64,000 nt of DNA from the NCBI GenBank assembly GCA_963721455.1, contig CAVRJG010000033.1:1-64000 (forward strand), read 5' to 3'. Shown in pieces: positions 19,729-29,266 of this stretch. Numbering within the stretch: position 1 is the stretch's first letter; each line of letters starts with the position of its first letter. The notes beneath the pieces are model-generated. The model was not told the origin of the DNA, ran no database searches, and saw only the letters and a list, made by a program, of their open reading frames with translations. A program made the position numbers and the translations under genes. This DNA is from an uncultured Methanosarcinaceae archaeon. GTDB taxonomy: Archaea > Halobacteriota > Methanosarcinia > Methanosarcinales > Methanosarcinaceae.

Positions 19729-20109
19729 TTAGGCGTCACCCCTGACAACCCCGACTGGGCAGTCAGTGGGACGGTGCTTGTTCCAAGCATCAATCACTGT
19801 GCTTCGGTTCCGCCGATACCAATCTCGGATCTTTCGAGTGTGGACCTTCAAGGCACCATGGAGGCGCTCGCCGTCCGATAGCCTGAAGGTCGCAGTCTCT
19901 CCCTGATACCGGACCCGGAAGTGCGGTGGCGGATGCTCGCGCGCGAACACCTCCACCCGAAAGCCATTGAACCGGTCGACCTCGACCTTCCTGATGTACG
20001 AGAGCTCCGGAGGTGGGCTCGGATCGGGGTCTTCCAGCGCACCCCAGAGGTCGGCCAACGCAGCCGGGTCCTCCAACCTCACCGTCCACTCAAGATCTGT
20101 CGCGGCCAT
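19729..20109 (-). CDS. Orphan DUF4160-domain protein, cassette
   Basis: REHPPPHFRV motif. Confidence 0.8.
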   Translation of the reverse strand: MAATDLEWTVRLEDPAALADLWGALEDPDPSPPPELSYIRKVEVDRFNGFRVEVFAREHPPPHFRVRYQGETATFRLSDGERLHGALKVHTRKIRDWYRRNRSTVIDAWNKHRPTDCPVGVVRGDA

Positions 20110-20248
20110 CGGTGACGCCTAACGACTCTGCGCTTAAGCTGCCGGCCCTATCTCACCAGCAGCAACGTCGATTGAACGTACCTGCGAATTCACCACGCGG
20201 CCAACCTCATTCCTTCGAACGTACGGGCCGGCCAGCTTCAAGCGCCGG

Positions 20249-20761
20249 TTAGACAGCGCGCGTCGCACGAGGCGGAGCGGATTCGGCGGCGCGCACGAAG
20301 AACCGCAAGAACTCATCCACACGCATCTGCATTATGCGGTCGAGCCATTGGTCTTCGTTCTGAGGACGTGGATCAAGGGTGCGCCATTGTGCTGTCCACC
20401 CGGCTCGAGTCGAGGTGTGTTCGACAAGAAACATGATGTCGTAGCGCGCGACTTCGAAGAACCCGCCAAGTTTGCTGTCCGCCCACTGCTTGTCACTTAT
20501 CGCAGTGAATTCGGGGCGCCGCACGCGAAAGAGATCGCCGAGGCGATCCTCTGGGCGCAACTTGCCAGCAGCAACACCGAGTTCCTTTGCGAGTCCTTCC
20601 GCCAAGCGCAGCGCCGCCGCAACGGGAGCGACGTTGCTTGATTGGAGTAGGTCGATTGTGGTTCTATCCTCGCGATCTTCTAAACGGGCTCGAACGATCG
20701 TGCGACCAGCATTCATGATGCGTCCTAGAGCTCTGTTCTGCGTGAACGTGAAATCGAGCAA
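20249..20761 (-). CDS. Cassette hypothetical protein
   Basis: ORF fills the cassette; stop in the attC core. Confidence 0.65.
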   Translation of the reverse strand: MLDFTFTQNRALGRIMNAGRTIVRARLEDREDRTTIDLLQSSNVAPVAAALRLAEGLAKELGVAAGKLRPEDRLGDLFRVRRPEFTAISDKQWADSKLGGFFEVARYDIMFLVEHTSTRAGWTAQWRTLDPRPQNEDQWLDRIMQMRVDEFLRFFVRAAESAPPRATRAV

Positions 20762-20794
20762 GGAGGCACCCCACGCAAAGAGCCGGCGCGCTGT

Positions 20795-20974
20795 CTAACG
20801 ACTCTGCGCTTAAGCTGCCGGCCCTAGCTCGCCAGCCGCAACGCAGTGTGAACGTAGCGAGGAACTCACCAGGCGGCCAACCTCTCTTCCTTTCGAACGT
20901 ACGGGCCGGCCAGCTTCAAGCGCCGGTTAGGCGGCGTCCTTGATCAGGTGGCTTGGACGGCCACGACCAGCGCG
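20795..20974. repeat. Exact 180-bp duplicate of 15092-15271 (attC plus 3' end of the Clp-N cassette)
   Basis: Identical by eye, offset 5703 bp. Confidence 0.9.
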
Positions 20975-21112
20975 CGCCGTCGGGATCATCCTTCGACGCC
21001 GGACTCGGGCTGAACTTCTGATGTTCTTCAGTCCTCGCCGAGTAGCTCACGCGAACGGTCCGATTGGTCCCCCACCCGCAGACGATTCGCGATGGTCGAG
21101 CGAGAGGATCGC

Positions 21113-21525
21113 CTACTCCCGCAGCCCCACGGCTTCGAGGGCCTCGTGCGGATCGCTATAGGCCCGCTGCGACAAGCCCTCCGGAGTCCGGGTCAGCACG
21201 TTTCCGGTCCGAGTGTCGAGGGGCACTCCGCTTGCCCTGGCCCTTCCGGTCGCGCGGATGACGGCGACTACTTGGTTGTCGCTGACCACGCGGAAGTCCA
21301 CCACTTCCTGATGCCAGTCCTCCCAAACCGAGTCCACCTCCCTCGCCCACTTCCGCAAGCCATCGATGCCTCGGTAGGACCCCGCCCCTTCGGCAGCGGC
21401 AAGTACAAGTTGAACTCCACCTCGGGGCCGACAAGTTCCGCGACCGCGTCGAATTCCCGCGCATTCAATGCGGCCAGAAGGGCCTCGAAGCCCTCGCGCG
21501 TGAACTCCACGTTCTCCTGCGACAT
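21113..21525 (-). pseudogene. SnoaL/NTF2-like 'MSQENVE' family gene, frameshifted
   Basis: Starts MSQENVE and ends EALEAVGLRE across two frames. Confidence 0.8.
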
Positions 21526-22060
21526 CGCCCGCCCAGTATCCCGCCGCCGCTGCGAGGCAGGCAAGGGGCTGCGCTCCACTGGCCTGGTGTCTGCCGGGGG
21601 TCGAAGCCTTAACCCACGACTGGGGGTTCCGTAGTTCGCCTGGGAACTAGGGGGTAGTCCTTCGGATGGCTGCGAGCCTGCTCAGCATCATGCTCTCCGT
21701 CTATGAGATGGCTCAACTGGCTCAAGTACAGATGAGATAGCCAGCCGGAGGGGAGGCGCCCAGGGCGCAGCTGCCCTACGCGATCAGACCCGTCTTGAAG
21801 TCGGTCACGTGAGCAAAAAGGAAAGCAAGGTTACTTATCCAGAAATTAGTCCGCTTGAGCGAGTTGAAAAGTGGTTTTACTTGTCCATAAATTAGTCCTC
21901 TCGAGCGAAGCGAGAAGGACCCCGTGCTGTTGCGATTACATCGCAACTCCCAGAAAATCTCCGATTTCCTGTGATCCCGAAGCGGAACTCGGGAGGCGCA
22001 ATGCGGGAGGGGGAGGCGCAATGCGGGAGTCTCGACTAGGAGTGCTACAACAATAAAAGT

Positions 22061-22636
22061 TTATAGGGTGCCTTTAGTGCTTTTTACCTCTTTGCCTTCA
22101 ATTTTTACAGCCCTTTTCATGGCATAGGCAAAAGCTTTGAAAAGAGCTTCGATCTTGTGATGGTCGTTATCTCCGTAGACACTCGCATGGAGGGTGATTT
22201 TTGCATTTGAGGCGAGAGTTTCGAAAAAGTGCTTCACAAGTTGAGTGCTGAACTGCCCAACCTGAGGTGTCGCAAACCCGGCTTTCAGGACAAGATAGCT
22301 ACGCCCGCCTATGTCCAGGGCAACCTCGGCAAGGGCTTCGTCCATTGGAATTCTGGCTTCTCCAAAGCGGGCAATCCCTGCCATGTTTCCAAGCGCATCT
22401 GCAAGAGCCCTTCCGAGAACTATCCCGACATCTTCTACCAGGTGGTGCTCGTCCACATAAAGGTCACCGTCTGCGCGTACCTTAAGGTCAAATTCCGCAT
22501 GTCTTGCAAAAGAAGTAAGCATATGATCAAAAAACCCGATCCCAGTGCTAACATCTGCAATTCCTGTGCCATCAAGGTTAAGTTCAAGCTGGATGTCGGT
22601 TTCCTTTGTCTTGCGGGATATTCTGCATGTTCTCAT
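22061..22636 (-). CDS. hisB: Imidazoleglycerol-phosphate dehydratase
   Basis: [24 protein letters not shown]. Confidence 0.98.
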   Translation of the reverse strand: MRTCRISRKTKETDIQLELNLDGTGIADVSTGIGFFDHMLTSFARHAEFDLKVRADGDLYVDEHHLVEDVGIVLGRALADALGNMAGIARFGEARIPMDEALAEVALDIGGRSYLVLKAGFATPQVGQFSTQLVKHFFETLASNAKITLHASVYGDNDHHKIEALFKAFAYAMKRAVKIEGKEVKSTKGTL

Positions 22637-22779
22637 ACAACATCACATTCTTTTTAAATTTATAAACACTTTGTATCCGGTTGCCTGCTCATCCCTTGTC
22701 TCCTCTTTTCCCCGGAAAATTAAGGAAATGAGTAGATGGAGAATCTCTCTGCCAGGAAACAAAAAGAGGCTCCCGGTCA

Positions 22780-23514
22780 TTAGCGCCGGGTTGTCTCAAT
22801 CGCGTCTTCAAGTGTGAACCTGCCTGTGTAGAGAGCGCTACCTACCACAACTCCTGCAGCTCCCGTCTCCTTCAAGACTTGCAGGTCTTGCAGAGAACTT
22901 ACTCCTCCGGATGCGATTACAGGAATGCTGACAGATTCAACAAGGTTCTTTGTAGGAACAGGATTTACCCCCTGCATAAGACCTTCGGTATCTATATTCG
23001 TAAAAAGCAAGCTGCCTGCACCCAGCTCTTCAAACTTCCGGCCCATTTCCACAGGAGTTTGCGTGCATTCTTCAGTCCAGCCCTTGATTGAGATTTTCCC
23101 GTTTTTTGCATCAAGGGCAACGGTTACACATTCGTTCCCAAAGGCACTGGAAAGCCGTGTTACAAGTTCCGGGTTCTGAAGGGCAGCGGTTCCTAGAATC
23201 ACCCTCGAAACCCCGAGTTCAAGAAGAGAAACTGCATCCTCAAAGCTACGAATACCTCCTCCGACCTGGATACACACTCCTTTTTTCCTGCACGCGCCGA
23301 CTATTTTTTCAATTATCGGGGCGTTTTTGCGTTCGCCTTCGATTGCCCCGTCCAGATCTACCAGGTGCAGGGTCTTTGCCCCTTTTCCGACCCAGTCAAG
23401 GGCGACTGCAAGAGGGTCATCAAGAGATACGATTTCGCTGCCAGGTACTCCCTGCACAAGCTGAACGCATTTCCCGCCCCTCATATCCACCGCAGGAATC
23501 ACTTCGAAAAACAT
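22780..23514 (-). CDS. hisA: ProFAR isomerase
   Basis: IPAVDMRGGKCV, HLVDLDGA, QVGGGIR. Confidence 0.97.
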   Translation of the reverse strand: MFFEVIPAVDMRGGKCVQLVQGVPGSEIVSLDDPLAVALDWVGKGAKTLHLVDLDGAIEGERKNAPIIEKIVGACRKKGVCIQVGGGIRSFEDAVSLLELGVSRVILGTAALQNPELVTRLSSAFGNECVTVALDAKNGKISIKGWTEECTQTPVEMGRKFEELGAGSLLFTNIDTEGLMQGVNPVPTKNLVESVSIPVIASGGVSSLQDLQVLKETGAAGVVVGSALYTGRFTLEDAIETTRR

Positions 23515-23569
23515 TGAAAACTACATCTCCGGAATATCATTCTGTTCATTTTACCCGGTCTTTTTCCTT

Positions 23570-24439
23570 TCAGGGCATTATCCTTTCGATGGGGACGACA
23601 AGGATATCCCTTGCACCGACTTTCTTCAGCTTGTTTACAATGGTAAAGATCACGTCCGCATCCACAACAGCATGAACTGCAAGGATCGATTCTCCGGATA
23701 ATTTACTGGGCTCAACCTTCATGACAGTCGGGCCTGACATCCCTGGCAAGACCTCTTTTACTGCCTTAAGGGAAGCCTCGGGAACATTCATCATAAGATA
23801 GCGCCGCTGCTTTGCATTGAGCACGCTTTCCAGTGCAGTTTTTATATCCAGGATTTTGTCCTTTGTCCGGAGGCTTTCTTTATTTGCGATCAGGTAGACA
23901 GTGGAGGAAAAGACTGTGTCAATAGCTTTTAAGCGGTTGATCATCAGAGTCGTTCCTGAGCTTGAAATATCCACGATCGCGTCCGCAATTCCCACATGTG
24001 GAGTCATTTCACAGGCTCCGCTGACCTTTATGACCTCAACGTTAACTCCAAGCTTTTTAAAGTACTGGCTCGTAATTTCCGGAAACTCGGTTGCAATCTT
24101 TTTGCCTTCAAGGTCCTGAGCTTTCTGGAAATTAGAATCCTCGGGGACAGCCAGAACAAGGTTAGCGTTCCCGAATTTCAGGTCCAGAAGGGCTTCAACC
24201 TTTGCCCCTCTTTCCGTGATGAGATCCAGGCCTGTGATGCCGACGTCTGCAGCTCCGTCCTGTACATACTCAGGGATATCAGCGGCCCTGGCAAAGAGGA
24301 TATGGATATCCGGATCTGTAGTTTGTGCAAAGAGTTTTCGGCTTTCGGCTCCCCCACTGATTGGGAGCCCTGAATCTTTGAAAATAGAGATTGTGGGGTC
24401 GTAAAGGCGTCCTTTGTTGGGTATTGCAATGCGAATCAT
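23570..24439 (-). CDS. hisG: ATP phosphoribosyltransferase (long form)
   Basis: IAIPNKGRL, DISSSGTT. Confidence 0.98.
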   Translation of the reverse strand: MIRIAIPNKGRLYDPTISIFKDSGLPISGGAESRKLFAQTTDPDIHILFARAADIPEYVQDGAADVGITGLDLITERGAKVEALLDLKFGNANLVLAVPEDSNFQKAQDLEGKKIATEFPEITSQYFKKLGVNVEVIKVSGACEMTPHVGIADAIVDISSSGTTLMINRLKAIDTVFSSTVYLIANKESLRTKDKILDIKTALESVLNAKQRRYLMMNVPEASLKAVKEVLPGMSGPTVMKVEPSKLSGESILAVHAVVDADVIFTIVNKLKKVGARDILVVPIERIMP

Positions 24440-24912
24440 CTACTGTGTCCTCGAATATGTAATCTGCCGGGAAACTTTCCTCCCGGGTAAGCTCATCCAG
24501 ATAAAAACGTTTATTCAGAATACACTAGTATAATATAGACTTCGCGGTAAGATCTCATAGAAATTTTCCTTCGAGAAATATAAGTCCATAGAGAACAACA
24601 CAGCTCATAGTGGAATAAACTTCGAGAGGTAATCGAATAAGCTTTTAATATTGAAGGTAAGAATATGTTTTTTAGGAAGTATATTACCTCCAGTAATGAT
24701 GGTGTGGGAACAAATATATAGCCCTAGTAATTTAATAGAAACTGACTCTCGAGTCATATATATAATAATATTAATGTTATAGCGATATGGGAATTAATTA
24801 AAATTAAGTGCTAAAAAAGCAGCTGATGATACAACTGACCGACAAATAGTAAACCAATAACATCAACATTTACTAATAAAACTATTGTTAATTTTGAAAA
24901 AAGAGGATCCAA

Positions 24913-26109
24913 ATGGCCCGAAATATCAAAGTAGAAGAGCTCTTGCAAACCCCGATCGAGAAACAGCGGATAGAGCTTGTAGAACGCAAAGGGATAGGGC
25001 ACCCTGACAGCATATCGGACGGACTGGCCGAAGCCGTAAGCCGCTCACTATGCAGGGAATACATAACCAAATGTGGAGCAGTACTCCACCACAATACCGA
25101 CGAAACCCAGATCGTCGCCGGAAGATCCAGCCCCAAATTCGGGGGCGGAGAGGTGCTCCAACCCATATATATTCTGCTGGTAGGCAGAGCCACAAAGGAG
25201 TTCGAAGGTATCGAGCTTGCTACCGAGTCTGTGGCCCTTCAAGCTGCCAGAAGATACCTTAAGAATACCCTTGTGAATATGGACCTCGAAAGAGACGTGA
25301 TCATGGACTGCAAACTCGGGACAGGGTCTTCAGACCTGAGGGATGTCTTCAAAAGAGACAGGGTTCCGGTTGCAAATGACACTTCATTCGGGGTTGGGCA
25401 TGCTCCGTTTTCCGAACTTGAGAATCTCGTATACAATACAGAAAGGCAACTCCTCACGGACCTGAAATCACGCATGCCTGCAATCGGAGAAGACATGAAG
25501 GTCATGGGACTCAGGGATGGAGAAGATATAACCCTTACAATATGCAGCGGCATGATTGGGAGGTATATCGACGACCTGGACAGTTATATAAGCATGACCG
25601 AGGAGATGAAAACGTACGTGGAGGAACTCTCAACTCGCTACACTGAGCGCGATGTGAAGGTCTGCATTAATACCGGAGATAACCTGAAAACCAGCTGCGT
25701 TTTCCTCACAGTTACAGGCACTTCAGCTGAAATGGGAGATGACGGTTCTGTGGGGCGCGGAAACCGCTGCAATGGGCTGATCACGCCAAACAGGCCTATG
25801 AGTATGGAGGCAACCAGCGGAAAGAATCCGATAAACCATATCGGCAAAATCTACAACCTCCTCTCGACTCAGATGTCCCGTGATATTGTAAGGCAAGTCC
25901 CGGAAGTACAGGATGTTTATGTCAGACTGCTTTCCCAGATAGGAAAACCCATTGATCAGCCACTCGTGGCAAGTGCACAGATTATCCCCAGGGAAGGTAC
26001 CTCCTTTGCAAAAGTCAAAGCGGAAACCGAAGTTGTCATTGATGACTGGTTTTCCAATGTGACAAAGATTACCGAAATGGTGATCAGAGGAGAATTGAAT
26101 ACTTTCTAA
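24913..26109 (+). CDS. mat: Archaeal-type S-adenosylmethionine synthetase
   Basis: [28 protein letters not shown]. Confidence 0.97.
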   Translation: MARNIKVEELLQTPIEKQRIELVERKGIGHPDSISDGLAEAVSRSLCREYITKCGAVLHHNTDETQIVAGRSSPKFGGGEVLQPIYILLVGRATKEFEGIELATESVALQAARRYLKNTLVNMDLERDVIMDCKLGTGSSDLRDVFKRDRVPVANDTSFGVGHAPFSELENLVYNTERQLLTDLKSRMPAIGEDMKVMGLRDGEDITLTICSGMIGRYIDDLDSYISMTEEMKTYVEELSTRYTERDVKVCINTGDNLKTSCVFLTVTGTSAEMGDDGSVGRGNRCNGLITPNRPMSMEATSGKNPINHIGKIYNLLSTQMSRDIVRQVPEVQDVYVRLLSQIGKPIDQPLVASAQIIPREGTSFAKVKAETEVVIDDWFSNVTKITEMVIRGELNTF

Positions 26110-26153
26110 ACAAGGCAGATATTGTCGAGAAGAACCTTCCGGTTCTTTTCATA

Positions 26154-26222
26154 CATTTTTTACTGCTATTATTTTTACTGCTATTATTTTTACTGCTATT
26201 ATTTTTACTGCTATTATTTTTA
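26154..26222. repeat. 16-bp tandem repeat (ATTTTTACTGCTATT-type) x~4 in the terminator region
   Basis: Direct reading. Confidence 0.8.
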
Positions 26223-26466
26223 ATATAAATTTATTCTTAATCAGGAATTGCTTTTTAGAAACATGACATAAACAGATTAAGGCTGAAGTTATAGATTTTT
26301 CAAAAAATTAGAGAAGAATCTCAGGCTTTCAGGAAATTAGTGATATTAAGGTACATTTAGCCATCTGACTGTAAGGTATCTTTGGCCATATGACTGAGAA
26401 ATTTTCTCTGAGCCTGTTCCAAACTTAAAATTTGCTTCGTTGAATCTAGCATTTAGAATAATCAAT

Positions 26467-27718
26467 CTAGTGCATCGATTCTGATATAAATCCATAAAAT
26501 AATTATATTAATTGTTCTATAAATGTACTTATGCCTCGTATAAGCCGTCGCCCTAAATTATCATTTACTCAAAAAGAGTTAGATTATTTGACCAAGTTAA
26601 GTCGCTCTAGAAATCAAGCTGCAAGCATTGTTAAAAGATCCACGATAGTTCTTTTGAGCTATCAGGGAAAAAACGATACCGAGATCTCCAGAGAGTTAAA
26701 AGTGGATTACAAAACTGTAAGACTCTGGATACAAAGAGTTTTAGATTTTGGGGTCAAAGAAGGCTTGGTAGATAAATCAAGAAGTGGGAAACCTCGAGAT
26801 ATTAGTGCTGAATCACGAGCTCGCGTAGTCTCACTTGCATGTATGAAACCAAAAGATCTTGGTTATCCTCATGAAATATGGACTCAGAGACTCCTTGCTG
26901 AACATATCAGGGAGAATTGTATCAAAGAGGAACATCCTGATTTATCGAAGATAAATCAGGGGACAATTTCAAAGATTCTCAATGCAAGCAAGATAAAACC
27001 ACATAAAATTAGCTGTTACATTGCTAAAGTTGATCCCAGATTTTGATCAAAAAGCAGCCAATGTTCTGGATACATATAGAGAAGCTAAAAGACTAAATGA
27101 AAAAAAAGGAAAAATGAACAAATTAAGACAGTGATTATTTCCTACGATGAAAAACCAGGTATTCAGGTAATTGGAAATGTTTATCCAGATCTTATGCCAG
27201 TAGAAGGGTATTATTCTACAATAGCAAGAGATTATGAGTATAAAAGACATGGGACTCTTTCACTATTAGCTGGAATTGACTTGATATTTGGGAGAATTTA
27301 TTATAAAGTATTTGAGCAGCATAGAAGCTGCGAATTCATTGAATATCTCAAAGGACTTGAGTCAATATATCCAGAAGAAAAAATCATAATTATTCTGGAT
27401 AATCTTAAAATGCACACATCAGAAGAAACTCGGAAATATCTGGCGACAGTTCCTGATAAATTTGAATTTGTTTTCACACCCAAACATGCTTCGTGGCTGA
27501 ATATTATTGAAAGTTTTTTCAGTAAAATGGGGAGGAGCGTGTTAAGAGGAATAAGAGTGGACTCAATAAATGAATTAAAAGAAAGAATTAGTCAATATAT
27601 AAACCAGGTTAACGAAAAACCAGTTCTATTTACGTGGAGATATAAAATGGAAGAAAGGGATGAAATGCCTGGTGGAATCACAATCTAAAATGGAGTTAAT
27701 TAGGAATCGATGCACTAG
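26467..27718 (+). mobile_element. IS630-family insertion sequence
   Basis: Inverted ends CTAGTGCATCGATTC / GAATCGATGCACTAG; HTH ORF 26531-27046 and DDE ORF 27131-27688. Confidence 0.93.
26531..27688 (+). pseudogene. IS630 transposase, split by frameshifts
   Basis: YDEKP, YKRHGT, LDNL, PKHASWLNIIE motifs; two frame changes (~27036 and the A-run ~27100). Confidence 0.85.
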
Positions 27719-27909
27719 TTCCGGATCATAAAAACAATCCTGAAAATTTCTGATAATTAAGAATAAAATGAGTTTTGGGACGAACTTTTATATATGGAAA
27801 TTTTATAAAGGCATCCTTATAAACCACATCCAGCGAAAAACATAAATATCATCACCATATAAGGAGATGGTGCACTGAAGCAGTGCAGTAATGGATTAAC
27901 ATACATCGT

Positions 27910-28025
27910 CCCGCCTTAACTCAGTGGTAGAGTGCGCGGCTGTAGTTCGGCTCGTGCGGGAAAAATTACCCGTACATTTCTGCGCAGGCACCGCGATGTC
28001 CCCGGTTCGAGTCTGGGAGGCGGGA
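27910..28025 (+). tRNA. tRNA-Tyr(GTA) with 44-nt intron at 37/38 (27946-27989)
   Basis: CCCGCCT/AGGCGGG acceptor (C1-G72), CGCGG-CT-GTA-G...A-CCGCG, GTTCGAGT T-loop. Confidence 0.92.
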
Positions 28026-28138
28026 CCTGAAATACATACCAGAATCGAAAACCTTCAACGGGAACATTTATATATTGGAAAAGACATTTAAGGTTTGCTC
28101 GCAACGCGGGCAAAAACAATAGCTAAAGAGACCAAAGT

Positions 28139-28211
28139 GTCCGGATAGTGTAGAGGCCTATCATGGAGCCCTGTCGAGGCTCCGACCCGTGTTCGAATCC
28201 CGGTCCGGGCG
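28139..28211 (+). tRNA. tRNA-Asp(GTC)
   Basis: GAGCC-CT-GTC-GA-GGCTC anticodon arm, GTTCGAATC, followed by a T-tract; one T-stem mismatch. Confidence 0.92.
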
Positions 28212-28510
28212 CTTCTTTTTTTTGTAAATGTGACTGATTAAATGGATTATAATGAAGTTGTATAATATTGATTACACAACATTTAAACATTTAATTTCTA
28301 ACCTTTGATTTTTTTCTACTTTTCACTTAACCTGAACCAGATATTCGGGCGGATTTGAACTATTTCGATTTTAAAGCATCTGTTGTGACCCAACGGTGGA
28401 TTCTGCCGATTTTTAAACAGTTTTGAGGCTCAGATTACTCCCGGTATACTCTTTCCCTCACTGACCGGCATCAGCCTTCTAAAAGCCTTGAAGTTTATCC
28501 TTGAGATACG

Positions 28511-29227
28511 ATGAGAAAAGATACGATGAGAAATAAACTATGTAAGAGAAAATACATAGAAAACGAGCAAAAAGGTAAGAGGGAAGAATACAAAATGGAG
28601 ACTGAAGCCGATATTTCAGATGAGCCCCGAGAAAAAATCAAGCGCATAAGGGAGAGATTGGAAGCTACCAGAGAGAAAATGGAAATTGAAGCCCTCACTT
28701 TTATTGAAGCTACCAAACGGTTCACCTCTGAATGGATTCGAAGAGAAATGGAAACTGCCATGCTTTCTTCGGATGGGACATCTTTTCCTGACAACTTAGA
28801 ATTAGATAGCGAAAAACCCAGTCGATCAAACTCAGACCTGAAGGAACTGCCCCTAAAGATACCAGACATTGTTGAAGCCCACCTCAACTGCGGCGATTAC
28901 TGGGTTCACAGAAGCGAACTGCTTCAGGCAGGAATTTCCAGGGACTACCTTGATTTTAAAAACGAAAAAATTCGAAGGGAACTGACCTTGCGCATTCGGA
29001 TGATCCTCGGCTGCACTGCGGAAATATTCTGGAAACCGGAAGAAGGGGAGCCTGAGAATAAAATATGGGTAAAAGAGCTGGGAAGAAGGAAGTATGTGTG
29101 TTTGCTCAGGTTTTCAGACGAAATGACAGAGTCTCTGAACCGTTATTTTGCGATGCTTGAGGAGCTTTTTATTCTGGACCATGAAATGAAGGAAGAAATG
29201 TTAAGGATAGACGGAAAAAAGGCCTGA
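28511..29227 (+). CDS. Hypothetical protein (start uncertain)
   Basis: 238-aa ORF with charged helical composition. Confidence 0.75.
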   Translation: MRKDTMRNKLCKRKYIENEQKGKREEYKMETEADISDEPREKIKRIRERLEATREKMEIEALTFIEATKRFTSEWIRREMETAMLSSDGTSFPDNLELDSEKPSRSNSDLKELPLKIPDIVEAHLNCGDYWVHRSELLQAGISRDYLDFKNEKIRRELTLRIRMILGCTAEIFWKPEEGEPENKIWVKELGRRKYVCLLRFSDEMTESLNRYFAMLEELFILDHEMKEEMLRIDGKKA

Positions 29228-29266
29228 CAATAAGAACTTTATTCACAAACGCCAGAATAACCTTGC

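Larger units (their letters stand above)
404..20932 (-). mobile_element. Integron gene-cassette array (31 attC sites, no intI in window; CALIN or fragment of a chromosomal integron)
   Basis: Recurrent ~97-146 bp imperfect palindromes RYYTAAC...GTTAGRY with inner AAGC(T/A)G...CAGCTT boxes between single genes. Family A: 404-544, 1547-1687, 2868-3007, 3469-3609, 5797-5936, 13767-13908, 16567-16707, 17308-17448, 18547-18688. Family B: 4547-4684, 6651-6795, 7272-7415, 8553-8695, 9172-9314, 9848-9990, 10390-10532, 11202-11344, 11778-11919, 12489-12631, 14360-14502, 15090-15229, 15860-16001, 17970-18114, 19589-19734, 20117-20254, 20793-20932. Family C: 4101-4235, 5090-5225, 13327-13459, half site 8226-8252. 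Family D: 755-851. Several stop codons fall in the TAA of the core. Confidence 0.95.

Noticed and set aside
348-20322. Recurring short ORFs such as ...NRRLKLAG..., ...CTFAPAA and MHQA.RLVNDLV...
   Set aside because: These are translations through the attC repeats, not a protein family.
404-20932. Repeats read as a CRISPR array or REP elements
   Set aside because: Repeats are 97-146 bp with attC cores and are separated by gene-sized units; no cas genes.
20975-22060. Integron integrase or attI expected at the array head
   Set aside because: No tyrosine-recombinase motifs seen in any listed ORF or by eye.
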